From Chthoniobacteraceae bacterium (GTDB lineage: Bacteria; Verrucomicrobiota; Verrucomicrobiia; Chthoniobacterales; Chthoniobacteraceae): a DNA stretch of 38,713 nt. The translations under genes and the position numbers were made by a program. Shown piece after piece: positions 25,917-34,851 of the stretch (position 1 is the stretch's first letter; the number at the start of each line of letters is the position of its first letter). The stretch is from NCBI GenBank assembly GCA_031409655.1, contig JANNXQ010000230.1, positions 1 to 38,713 of the forward strand, given 5' to 3'. The notes below the pieces were generated by a model. That model worked only from the letters and a program-made list of their open reading frames with translations. It was not told the DNA's origin and did not search any database.

Positions 25917-27671
25917 ATGATCACCAAACGCTTCCCGCGCGGGCTCTACGCCCCGGAAATCCTCGAACCCCGGATCGCTCCCGCGACCATCATCGTCAAC
26001 AGCCTGCTCGACAACGGCGACGGCAACAACACCACGCTGCGTGAAGCCATCGTGCAGGCCAATGGGACGCCCGTCGCGGACACCATCGTCTTCGACAAGG
26101 CCCTCTTCCCGGCGGGCGCCACCGGCGAGATCGCGCTTAATGGCTTCGTCCTGTCCATCACCGAAAGTCTCACCATCAAGGGGCCCGGCGCCGGCAAGCT
26201 GATCATCGACGCCGGCAATCTCTCCCGCATTTTCAATATCACCGACGGCACCACGACGGTGAAGACCGTGAGCATCAGCGGGCTAAGCATGGTCGAGGGC
26301 AATGGCGTCGGGCTCTATGGCGGCGGCATCTATTGCCAGGAGTCGCTCGCGCTCAGCAATGTGGTCGTCTCCGGCTGCACCACCACCGGAGTCGGCGGGG
26401 GCATCTTCGTCAATACGCCCGGCAAGGTCGTCATCAAGGCCAGCATCATCAGCGGCAACAGCGCGACCGCCAATGGGGGCGGGCTCTATGCGAGCACCGG
26501 AGCCGGGCTCCAGATCGTCGGTTCCACCATTTCGGGCAATACGGGCAGCGACGGCGGCGGAATCTTTGCCGGCACGCGGGCGCCCGACAGCGGCGACATC
26601 CTCATCGACAAATGTGTGGTGGTGGGTAACACCGCGACCTCTGACGGCGGCGGATTGCGCCTGGATCACGGTCGCGTTAGCGGCAAGATCATCGTGCGCG
26701 GCAGCCTCGTCTCTGGCAATACCGCGACTGACAATGGCGGCGGCGTGTATGCCCGGCATGGGCTGGTGCTCCTAGATCGCGCCACCCTCAGCAACAACTC
26801 CGCCGCGGCCGGCGGCGGCATCCTGGGCTTCGAGAGCGATGGGCTCACCATCAAGAACAGCACGCTCGCGCATAATCGCAGCACCAGCGACGGAGGCGGC
26901 GTCTTCGTCAATGACGTGGTCGCCACCAGCATCGTGAGCAGCTTTATCTATGGCAATGCGGCTGGAGGCGATGGCGGCGGCATCCGCGACAACGAATCGC
27001 CGCTGACCCTCAAGAGTTCGACCCTGCAGGCCAATCTCTCGGACGACGACGGCGGCGGGCTCTTCGTCGATGGCAGCCGCACTGTGACGGTGCTCAGCAC
27101 CAAGTTTCTCGACAATCGCGCGGGCAACTCGGGGGCGGGGAGCCTCGGCGGCGGCATCGCCACGACCGACAGCGTCGCCCTCAGCGTCACCGGCAGCCTC
27201 TTCTCAGGTAACAAATCCACCGAGCACGGCGGCGGGATCGCAGTCCGCTTCAGCAGCGGCGCTCTCACTTTGAAGAGCACGAAATTCATCGGCAACAGCA
27301 CCGGCGGCAACGGCGGCGGCCTTTTCCTCGCCACGACCGGGCTCACCACCGCAACCGGCCTCACCGTCGTGCAAAACTTTGCCGGTGCCAGTGGCGGCGG
27401 CGCAGACTTTGGCGACACCGGCGACAAGAATGTGTTTGGCTCGCTCTTCCGCGACAACATTGCCACCGCCGACGGCGGCGGCATCCAGCACTCCGCCGGT
27501 AAACTCACGCTGAGCAAGACCACCAGTGTGATGTACAATGCCGCCCTCGTGCGCGGCGGCGGCATCCGCAACCTCTCCAGCGTTCCGGCGAACCTCGTGC
27601 TCGGCGGGGCCACGGTGAACATGAATACCTCGCCGGACATCCTGCAAATCTCCGGCGGCTCCACGCCGTAG
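25917..27671 (+). CDS. Pmp-like beta-helix repeat protein, copy 4 (584 aa)
   Basis: MITKRFPRGLYAPEILEPRIAPA; shares KTVSISGLSMVEG and TLSKTTSVMYNAAL with copy 3; begins 15 bp after copy 3. Confidence 0.85.
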   Translation: MITKRFPRGLYAPEILEPRIAPATIIVNSLLDNGDGNNTTLREAIVQANGTPVADTIVFDKALFPAGATGEIALNGFVLSITESLTIKGPGAGKLIIDAGNLSRIFNITDGTTTVKTVSISGLSMVEGNGVGLYGGGIYCQESLALSNVVVSGCTTTGVGGGIFVNTPGKVVIKASIISGNSATANGGGLYASTGAGLQIVGSTISGNTGSDGGGIFAGTRAPDSGDILIDKCVVVGNTATSDGGGLRLDHGRVSGKIIVRGSLVSGNTATDNGGGVYARHGLVLLDRATLSNNSAAAGGGILGFESDGLTIKNSTLAHNRSTSDGGGVFVNDVVATSIVSSFIYGNAAGGDGGGIRDNESPLTLKSSTLQANLSDDDGGGLFVDGSRTVTVLSTKFLDNRAGNSGAGSLGGGIATTDSVALSVTGSLFSGNKSTEHGGGIAVRFSSGALTLKSTKFIGNSTGGNGGGLFLATTGLTTATGLTVVQNFAGASGGGADFGDTGDKNVFGSLFRDNIATADGGGIQHSAGKLTLSKTTSVMYNAALVRGGGIRNLSSVPANLVLGGATVNMNTSPDILQISGGSTP

Positions 27672-27675
27672 CGGT

Positions 27676-27726
27676 GGAGGGCGCGCTCGCGCCGCAATTT
27701 CGCATGGCGCTCGGAGCCCGCCATCC
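27676..27726. repeat. Degenerate REP-like hairpin
   Basis: GGAGGGCGCGCTCGCGCC...GGCGCTCGGAGCCCGCCATCC imperfect inverted repeat after the copy 4 stop. Confidence 0.4.
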
Positions 27727-27771
27727 CCCTTCGTGCTTGCCATCCCGTGGGATAGGTACCCGGTCCCGAAC

Positions 27772-28070
27772 ATGATCTCGAAACGCTTCCCCCGCGGTCT
27801 CTAGCCCCCCGAACTGCTCGAGGCCCGCATTGCCCCGGCGACACCTTCCTCGTCACCAGTCTGCTCGACGGTGGCCTCGACGGCACCCTGCGCAAAGAAA
27901 TCGCCGACGCCAATGCGCGCCCCGGCGCGGACACCATCGTCTTCAATAAGGCGCTCTCGGGCACGATCGTCCTCGGGGGCACCGAGATCCCCATCACCGC
28001 CGCCACGACCGCCCACCTCAGCGGAAATCTCTTCCAGGTAAACGTGGCGGCAACAGGCAGCTGCGGCGCA
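27772..28070 (+). pseudogene. Degraded sixth copy of the beta-helix paralog
   Basis: MISKRFPRGL*PPELLEARIAPA, with TAG at 27802 where paralogs have TAC. A 2-nt insertion at about 27841 precedes TFLVTSLLDGGLDGTLRKEIADANARPGADTIVF...GTEIPIT, which jumps to an internal-like 'HLSGNLFQVNVA'. Confidence 0.85.
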
Positions 28071-28219
28071 GGTAGAGCTCGCCGCCGCGCCGGTGGCAGC
28101 GGTGTCCACACCGCCCTCGCTCGAGCCCCCGCTTGCTGGAAGGCAAGCGCCAATCGGCTTGCTCCTGCGCCTCGTCCCTCTCTAGGGTCCGCGCCGCGCA
28201 AGCACTGCGCCCTTCTTCC

Positions 28220-30217
28220 ATGCGATCCCACACTGACTCCTCCACCATCGAAATCCTCGAAGCCCGCATCGCCCCGGCGACCTTCACGGTGCTGAATCTC
28301 AACGACGCCGGTGTGGGCAGTCTGCGCCAGGCGGTGCTCGATGCGAATGCCACCACCGCGGCGGATACCATCGTCTTCAAGACGGGGCTCGCGGGGACGA
28401 TCACGATCGGCGCGGCCGCGGGGCAAATGGTCATCGAGGAAAAACTCACCATCAAAGGTCCCGGCGCGGACCGGGTGCTGATCGACGCGGGCAACCTTTC
28501 CCGGATCTTCGACATCACCGACGGCACCGCGACGGTGAAGAGCGTCGCGATCTCCGGGCTCGGGCTGATCAATGGGAATTCGGACGGCGGGGGCGCCATC
28601 CGCAGTACCGAAAGCCTCGCGCTGAGCCGGATGTATTTTCAGGGAAATGAAGCCACCGGGCCCGGCGGAGCCGTGTGTGTGGATACGGCCGGGAAGTTTT
28701 CCATGACGGCGAGTCAGGTCTTCGGGAATGCCACCACGGACAATGGCGGCGGACTTTTCATCCTCGCCTCGCAAAGCATCACGGTCTCGAAAAGCATCAT
28801 CGCCAACAACCAGGCGGAGATCGGCGGCGGCTTGTATCTCGATGCGAGTGGCCCGGCCGCAAAGGCGGCGACGGTGCGGATCGACGCGACGACGGTGGCC
28901 GGCAATCGCGCGACGGCAGGCAACGGCGGCGGCGCCTTTTTGGACAATGACACCGCGGGTGCTTCGGGGCGCGTAATCGTGAGTGCGTCCACCTTCACGG
29001 CCAATAGCGCCACGGATTCCGGCGGCGGTCTGTCGCTCGAGAGCGGGCACTATTTTCTGCAGAAGCTGAGCGTTGCGAGCAATACCGCGGCGGGTCTCGG
29101 CGGCGGAGTCGGCGATACGGGAAGCGCGTTGCTGACCATCAAGGGCGGAAAATTCATCGGCAATGAAACCACGCAGGCCTCGGCAATCGGGGGCGGCGCG
29201 CTGCATGCCGCCGGCTTGGGCAAGGTGGACATCACGGGCGCCCTTTTCGCCAGCAATCGCTCGGCATCCGAGGGCGGCGCGATCGTGCTCGGGGCCACGA
29301 CGGTGGAGGCGAAACTCAGCGGCAATACCCTCTCCGGGAACGCTTCGACGACCACGGGGGGCGCACTGGCCGCGCTCAGCGATAGCGGGCTGACGGTCGT
29401 CAGCGGCCTCTTCTCGGGCAACCGTGCGGGCACCGAAGGCGGTGCGATCTTCGGCGGGACGACGGAAGGAATCGTCATCAAGCGCGCGACCTTTTCGAGC
29501 AACGCGAGCCTGGGCGATGGCGTCCTCACCTCGGGGGATGGTGGCGCGATCTCGGTGGGCAATGACACCGACCTCACGCTCGCCGGCACGAAGTTTCTGC
29601 AGAACACCGCGGGCGATAATGGCGGCGCGGTGTCCGTGGGCGGCACCGGCGTGCTGCTCGCGAAAGGCGCGATCTTCACCGACAACGTCGCGACTAACGC
29701 GGGCGGCGGCATCTTCCGTTTCGGCTCCGGCGCGCTGACGCTCGAGAGCAGCAAACTCACCGCAAATCACGCTGCGACGGGCGGCGGCATCGACAGCAAC
29801 GGCAGCGGCGCCTTCCTCGTGAAATCGTCACGGATCATCGGCAACAGCTCCGTGATCGCGGACGGTGGCGGCATCGAGTTGATCCTGAGTTCGGGCAATG
29901 TGGACATCATCGCCTCGGTCATCTCGCAGAACACCGCGGCGACCAATGGCGGCGGTCTCGCACTCGGCACGGGCGGCGTGAAGAAGATCACTAAATCGAC
30001 GATCAGCGACAATGTGGCCGCGACCGGCGACGGCGGCGGCGTCTTCACCACGACCGGGCCGGCGCTCATCGTCACGAGCACGAAGATCACCGGCAACAGC
30101 GCCGCCGACCAGGGCGGTGGCATCCGCAATGGCACCGGCGCGCCCGGCGGCTTCACGCTGGTGGGTGGCACCGTTACGGGAAACATCGCGCCGCTCGATC
30201 CGAACGAATCGCCGTAG
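28220..30217 (+). CDS. Pmp-like beta-helix repeat protein, copy 5 (665 aa, divergent leader)
   Basis: MRSHTDSSTIEILEARIAPA, GSLRQAVLDAN, FxxN/GGAI repeats. Upstream TTGCTC-N18-TAGGGT at 28159-28188. Confidence 0.85.
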   Translation: MRSHTDSSTIEILEARIAPATFTVLNLNDAGVGSLRQAVLDANATTAADTIVFKTGLAGTITIGAAAGQMVIEEKLTIKGPGADRVLIDAGNLSRIFDITDGTATVKSVAISGLGLINGNSDGGGAIRSTESLALSRMYFQGNEATGPGGAVCVDTAGKFSMTASQVFGNATTDNGGGLFILASQSITVSKSIIANNQAEIGGGLYLDASGPAAKAATVRIDATTVAGNRATAGNGGGAFLDNDTAGASGRVIVSASTFTANSATDSGGGLSLESGHYFLQKLSVASNTAAGLGGGVGDTGSALLTIKGGKFIGNETTQASAIGGGALHAAGLGKVDITGALFASNRSASEGGAIVLGATTVEAKLSGNTLSGNASTTTGGALAALSDSGLTVVSGLFSGNRAGTEGGAIFGGTTEGIVIKRATFSSNASLGDGVLTSGDGGAISVGNDTDLTLAGTKFLQNTAGDNGGAVSVGGTGVLLAKGAIFTDNVATNAGGGIFRFGSGALTLESSKLTANHAATGGGIDSNGSGAFLVKSSRIIGNSSVIADGGGIELILSSGNVDIIASVISQNTAATNGGGLALGTGGVKKITKSTISDNVAATGDGGGVFTTTGPALIVTSTKITGNSAADQGGGIRNGTGAPGGFTLVGGTVTGNIAPLDPNESP

Positions 30218-30335
30218 GAGATCTGCCCAGGGCAGGGTGGGTGCCCCCCGGGCGGCGGAAAACCAGCGCGGGCTTGTCGTGTCTGGAGGTGAACGGGTAG
30301 GAAGAGGGTCTTTGTTTCGGCAAACTGCGCCCTCC

Positions 30336-33300
30336 ATGAACACTCCTTCCCCTCTGCTCCGTCGCGTTTCTCCTCCGACCGGCCCGGACGTATCCTCCGC
30401 GGTGAAGTCGCGTTTGGGGCGGGTTGGTCTGCCGCTCTGGAAAGGCGTGCGGCTGGCCCTCTTGCTGGCCAGCGCAGGTCCGGCGGCGCGGGCCCAGTTC
30501 CTCGTCTTGCCGGGGGTTGGCGAGCAGGGCAGCAACACGAATACTCCCGTGCAGGTTGGCGAACGGAGCATCCAATTCGTCTATGACGCGGCGCAGTTGG
30601 CCGGGCTCCCGCTCGGCGCCCGGCTCACCGGGATGGCGTATCGCCTGAATACGGCCCAGCCCACCGGTCCCGCGACCGATCGCACTTTCGCCAGCTACGA
30701 CGTGCAACTTGCCACGTCTTCCCGGGTACGTCCTGGCCTGCTCTCGCCGGCTTACGCGAGTAACATGGGAGCCGACCTCGCGACCGTGCGTAGTGGTCCG
30801 CTCACGATCGCGGCGAACAGCTTTCCCGGTGGCACTGGGCCAAATGCCTTCGGTCCGGAGATTCCGTTTTCGACGCCATTCTCTTACGCTGGCGGCCATC
30901 TCGTGGTTCTCGTGCGGCACACCGGGAATGGCGTCGATGCCCCGATCCTCGACGCTGCGAGCGATCTGCCCGGTTCGGTGCAGGCCCGGATCGCCACGGC
31001 GGCCGGAGCGTACACGGCCACCACTTCCACCGGAGGTGGAGTCACGCCGGTCGTACGGTGGACCTGGCAGCCGCCTTCCGGCCCGCAGGAAATTGCGATT
31101 TTCAACGGCCCCACGGCGACCCATCCGCAACTCGCGGATCTGCAAACGACCGCCATCACTTTTGGCACCGTGCCCGGTGGCACCACCGGCCAGCCGCGCA
31201 CCTTTACCGTCGGAAATCTGGGCGGATCACTGCTCGCAGGGCTCTCGGTGTTCGTCGATGGTCCGGACGCGGGCGATTTCACCGTGCAGCAGCCGGCTGC
31301 GGACAGCGTCCTTAGCGGCGGCGCCGTCACTTTCAAGGTCACCTTTCATCCTTCCGGCATCGCCACGCGTGCGGCCACCCTCCACGTGCTGAGCAACGAT
31401 GTGGACGAAGCTTCGTTCGACGTGCCCCTGCGCGGCACGGGCTCCTTTGCGCTACAGGCGAGCTTCCGGGAAGCGAACGTCGTGGTCGGACAGGCGAACT
31501 TCCTCGACGTGACCGGCGTGCCGGGTGCGGCGCGTCTCGCGGGGCCCACGGCCATCGCCCTCAGTGTGGACGGCAAGCTCGCCGTGACCGAGCAGCACGC
31601 GAGGCGCACGCTCCTTTGGAATCAGATTCCCACGAGCAGCGGACAACCGGCGGATGTGGTCGTGGGCAAGGCGAACTTCTCGGAAACCGCAGCGGGAACG
31701 ACGCAAAGCCTGACGAGCGACTCCAACGGCGTGGCCTTTTCACCCGATGGCAGCAAGCTCATTGTCTGCGACAGTTCGAACAACCGTGTCCTCATCTGGA
31801 ACACCGTGCCAACGACCAACGGTGCGCCGGCCAGCGTGGTCATCGGCCAGACGGATTTCGTCACTGCCACCTCTGGCGTCTCTGCCACGAAGCTCCTGCG
31901 CCCGGTGGCGGCGCTGGCGGCGCCGGATGGCCGGCTGATCATCGACGACCAGAACAATCACCGCCTGCTCGTTTACAACTCGATCCCCACCGCCAACGGT
32001 GCGGCGGCGGATTTGGTCATTGGCCAGCCTGACATGGAGAGCAACACGCTCGGCACGACCGCGGACAGGCTGAACTTCCCGTGGGCGCTCGCCCTGAGCA
32101 GCGACGGCCGGTTGATCGTCGCCGATCAATCCAACCAGCGCGTCCTCATTTTCAACTCGATCCCCACGTCAAACGGCGTCGCCGCGGACGTGGTCATCGG
32201 GCAGACCAATTTCACGTCCAACTCGTCGGGCACGAGTGTGAGCAAATTCAGCGCGCCGCTCGGCCTCGCCCTCTCGCCCAGTGGAAAGCTCGCCGTTACC
32301 GATGCGAATAACGACCGCGTGCTGATCTTCAATGCCATCCCCACGGCCAATGGCGCGGCTGCGGACCTGGTCCTCGGCCAGCCAAACTTCACAACGAACT
32401 CAAGATTCACCGGCGGGATGAGTGCATCCTCGATGTCCAGCCCTTACGCCGCAGCCTTCACCGAGGACGGCCGAATCCTGGTGGCCGGGCGTCCGATGTG
32501 CCGGCTGATGATTTTTCATCCCGCCGTCGCCGCGCTCACTGCACCTGCCACAGGTTCGCTCACGCGCAGTCCGGTGCAGGTGAGCTTTGCCTTGCAGGAG
32601 TCGGTGCAGCCGGGCCTGACGCAGTTGATCTTCGACGAAGGAGTCGGACCGGTAGCGCTCTCGCTGGCCAATACCCAGGAGTCCGCCGGGCCGCACAGTT
32701 TCACCTTCGACCCCGCCCAGCCCACGGCTTCTCCGGCCATCGCCGCAGGACCGGCGATTCCCGACGGACTCTACGCCATCACGCTTTCCTACGTGGACTT
32801 TGCGAGTGAAGCGGTCTCCTCGCCGGTCGCGACGAACGTGCGCATCGACACCACGGCGCCAACCTTCGCTCTCCCTGCGGCGATCACGGTGCAAGCGGCG
32901 TCTCCCTCCGGTGCGGTGGTCAGCTATGCCGCGAGTGTGAGCGATGGCGGCAGCGGGGTGGCCACGGGGAACTTCGTCCCGGCCAGCGGCAGCCTCTTTC
33001 CGCTCGGGACGACCACGGTGCAAGCCACGGCGACGGACTTTGCTGGCAACGCGGCGACCGGAAGCTTCACCGTCCGCGTGCTCGCGGCGCTGGAGTTTTG
33101 GAAATTCACCCAGTTGGGCGATGCCAATGCGCCGGATCTCGGCGACCCGGATGCGGACGGGCTCCAGACGCTGGCGGAGTATGCGCTGGTCCTGCCGCCC
33201 GCCGTGCCGTCGTCGGGCTCCATGGTCACGCGCGCGACCTATGCCGAGGGCGAGCGTTTGCGGATGACTCTGACGCGCGATCCGGCGCGCAGTGACGTGA

Positions 33301-33500
33301 CGGTGGAGGTACAGGCGGCGGCGAGCCTCGCCGGCCCGTGGACGAGTGTGGCCACGAGCACGCTCGGCGCGCCGTTCACGGGTCCCGGCTACGTGAGTGG
33401 CGACGCAGCGACGGCCGGCGTGAAGACCGTGGAAGTGCGCGACACGGTGAACATCCCCGCGGCGACGCCGCGCTTCATGCGGGTGAAGGTGACGCACTGA
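30336..33500 (+). CDS. Large secreted multidomain surface protein (Ig-like ASH/choice-of-anchor D, six NHL-like repeats, HYR domain, verrucomicrobial-type C-terminal domain)
   Basis: Signal-like ...VRLALLLASAGPAARA/QF; ITFGTV...RTFTVGN...SNDVDE..F; six 'A(D/N/S)xVxG(Q/K)xxF...NxRVLI(F/W)N' repeats; SGSLFPLGTTTVQATATDFAGN (HYR); DPDADG...EYAL...RFMRVKVTH. Start uncertain. Confidence 0.8.
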   Translation: MNTPSPLLRRVSPPTGPDVSSAVKSRLGRVGLPLWKGVRLALLLASAGPAARAQFLVLPGVGEQGSNTNTPVQVGERSIQFVYDAAQLAGLPLGARLTGMAYRLNTAQPTGPATDRTFASYDVQLATSSRVRPGLLSPAYASNMGADLATVRSGPLTIAANSFPGGTGPNAFGPEIPFSTPFSYAGGHLVVLVRHTGNGVDAPILDAASDLPGSVQARIATAAGAYTATTSTGGGVTPVVRWTWQPPSGPQEIAIFNGPTATHPQLADLQTTAITFGTVPGGTTGQPRTFTVGNLGGSLLAGLSVFVDGPDAGDFTVQQPAADSVLSGGAVTFKVTFHPSGIATRAATLHVLSNDVDEASFDVPLRGTGSFALQASFREANVVVGQANFLDVTGVPGAARLAGPTAIALSVDGKLAVTEQHARRTLLWNQIPTSSGQPADVVVGKANFSETAAGTTQSLTSDSNGVAFSPDGSKLIVCDSSNNRVLIWNTVPTTNGAPASVVIGQTDFVTATSGVSATKLLRPVAALAAPDGRLIIDDQNNHRLLVYNSIPTANGAAADLVIGQPDMESNTLGTTADRLNFPWALALSSDGRLIVADQSNQRVLIFNSIPTSNGVAADVVIGQTNFTSNSSGTSVSKFSAPLGLALSPSGKLAVTDANNDRVLIFNAIPTANGAAADLVLGQPNFTTNSRFTGGMSASSMSSPYAAAFTEDGRILVAGRPMCRLMIFHPAVAALTAPATGSLTRSPVQVSFALQESVQPGLTQLIFDEGVGPVALSLANTQESAGPHSFTFDPAQPTASPAIAAGPAIPDGLYAITLSYVDFASEAVSSPVATNVRIDTTAPTFALPAAITVQAASPSGAVVSYAASVSDGGSGVATGNFVPASGSLFPLGTTTVQATATDFAGNAATGSFTVRVLAALEFWKFTQLGDANAPDLGDPDADGLQTLAEYALVLPPAVPSSGSMVTRATYAEGERLRMTLTRDPARSDVTVEVQAAASLAGPWTSVATSTLGAPFTGPGYVSGDAATAGVKTVEVRDTVNIPAATPRFMRVKVTH

Positions 33501-33555
33501 TTCCCACCAATATCCGGGCTGCATTTGCCGCCCGGCCTGGCTACCTGTGCTGCCG

Positions 33556-34851
33556 ATGAAAATCTTCCACGCCGCCGATATCCACCTGGGCCGGCGCCGG
33601 CTCGAGGGGCGGCTTCCGGATGCGGATCTGGCGGATGCGTTCGAGCATGTGGTGCGCGCGGCGATCGCGGCGCGCGCGGATGTCTTCTTGCTTGCGGGTG
33701 ATCTTTTCGATCGGCCGCAAGTCGAGCCGCCGCACTTGCGCCAGGCCCAGCGCATCCTTTCACTCTTGCACGCCGCCGGCATCCCGGTGGTGGGCATCGA
33801 AGGGAATCACGACAAGGCCTTCCTCTCCGCCGAGGCCCCGACGTGGCTCGACTATCTCGCGCAGGACGATCTGCTCATCCTGCTCCGACCAGCCTTTGAC
33901 GCCGCCGGCGCGATCCTCGCCCCGTGGGATCCCGCAACGAAGCGCGGCGCGTGGATCGATCTCGGCGGCGTGCGTTTCACCGGCGCGGGTTATCTCGGCG
34001 CGGCCACGCCGCACAAGGTCCGGCAGATCGTCGAGCGCCTGGAGCCGGGCCGGTCGCATGTGCTGCTGCTCCATGCGGGGCCGGATTATTTTGTCGGTGA
34101 AGGTGGCGGTTTTTCCGGGGACGATCTCCGCGGCATTCAGGAAAAGGTGCGCTACCTCGCGCTCGGCCACATTCACAAGCCGATGCGCCACGGCGGCTGG
34201 GCCTGCAATCCCGGCTCGCCGGAAAACTGCGAGCTGCGCGAGGCGCTCTACGCTGGCGACCGCGGCTACGCGATCGTCGAGTTCGATCCCGCCGACACCA
34301 CCCAGCCGATCTCGCTGCAGATCGCCAGCAATCCGCGCCGACCGTGCTTGCACCTTGAGCTGGATGGCACGCCCTACGGCAACAAACTGAAGGATGGCGT
34401 CGCCGCGATCGAGAAAGCCGCGCTCAAGCTCATCGCCGCGCACCTCGCGCCACCGAAGGCCGTGATCGAACTGCGCCTAACCGGCCGCATCAATCTCAAC
34501 CGCCTCGCGCTCGACGCAGCGGAACTCGGCCGCCGCCTCGAAGCCGCCGCGGGCGTGGCCGTGGTCTCGGTGAATCCCGCGGCGATCAATCTCGACGACC
34601 CGCTGCGGCTCGGTCCGCACGATGCGGAAACGTCCCGCGAGGATCTCGAGCGCGCGGCGCTGCGCGAGCTGGTCGATGCGGAAAATCTCTGGGGCCTCGA
34701 TGGTGAGCAGGAGACGGTGGCGCGGCTGCTCTTTGATCTGAAGGAAGCCATCCGCACCGGCCAGCCGGCGCGCGGCCTGGCCGAGACCATCCGCACCCAT
34801 GCGCTGGTGGAGAAAATTCGCACCGCGGAAATCCCCGCCCCCGTCTCGTGA
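33556..34851 (+). CDS. sbcD: SbcD/Mre11-family DNA repair exonuclease
   Basis: HAADIHLG, LLAGDLFD, EGNHD, ALGHIH and NPGS metallophosphoesterase motifs; coupled to sbcC. Confidence 0.9.
   Translation: MKIFHAADIHLGRRRLEGRLPDADLADAFEHVVRAAIAARADVFLLAGDLFDRPQVEPPHLRQAQRILSLLHAAGIPVVGIEGNHDKAFLSAEAPTWLDYLAQDDLLILLRPAFDAAGAILAPWDPATKRGAWIDLGGVRFTGAGYLGAATPHKVRQIVERLEPGRSHVLLLHAGPDYFVGEGGGFSGDDLRGIQEKVRYLALGHIHKPMRHGGWACNPGSPENCELREALYAGDRGYAIVEFDPADTTQPISLQIASNPRRPCLHLELDGTPYGNKLKDGVAAIEKAALKLIAAHLAPPKAVIELRLTGRINLNRLALDAAELGRRLEAAAGVAVVSVNPAAINLDDPLRLGPHDAETSREDLERAALRELVDAENLWGLDGEQETVARLLFDLKEAIRTGQPARGLAETIRTHALVEKIRTAEIPAPVS

Noticed and set aside
20262..27840. Recurring ~65-bp direct repeat (AAACGCTT..CCGCGG.CTCTAC...) as a CRISPR or attachment-site array
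   Set aside because: The spacing is ~1.8-1.9 kb and each copy encodes the leader peptide of a paralog; no cas genes or integrase.
21027..29770. Long minus-strand ORFs (21027-22160, 22154-24118, 24054-25907, 26948-29770)
   Set aside because: Antisense shadows of the Gly/Asn repeat genes with no independent motifs.
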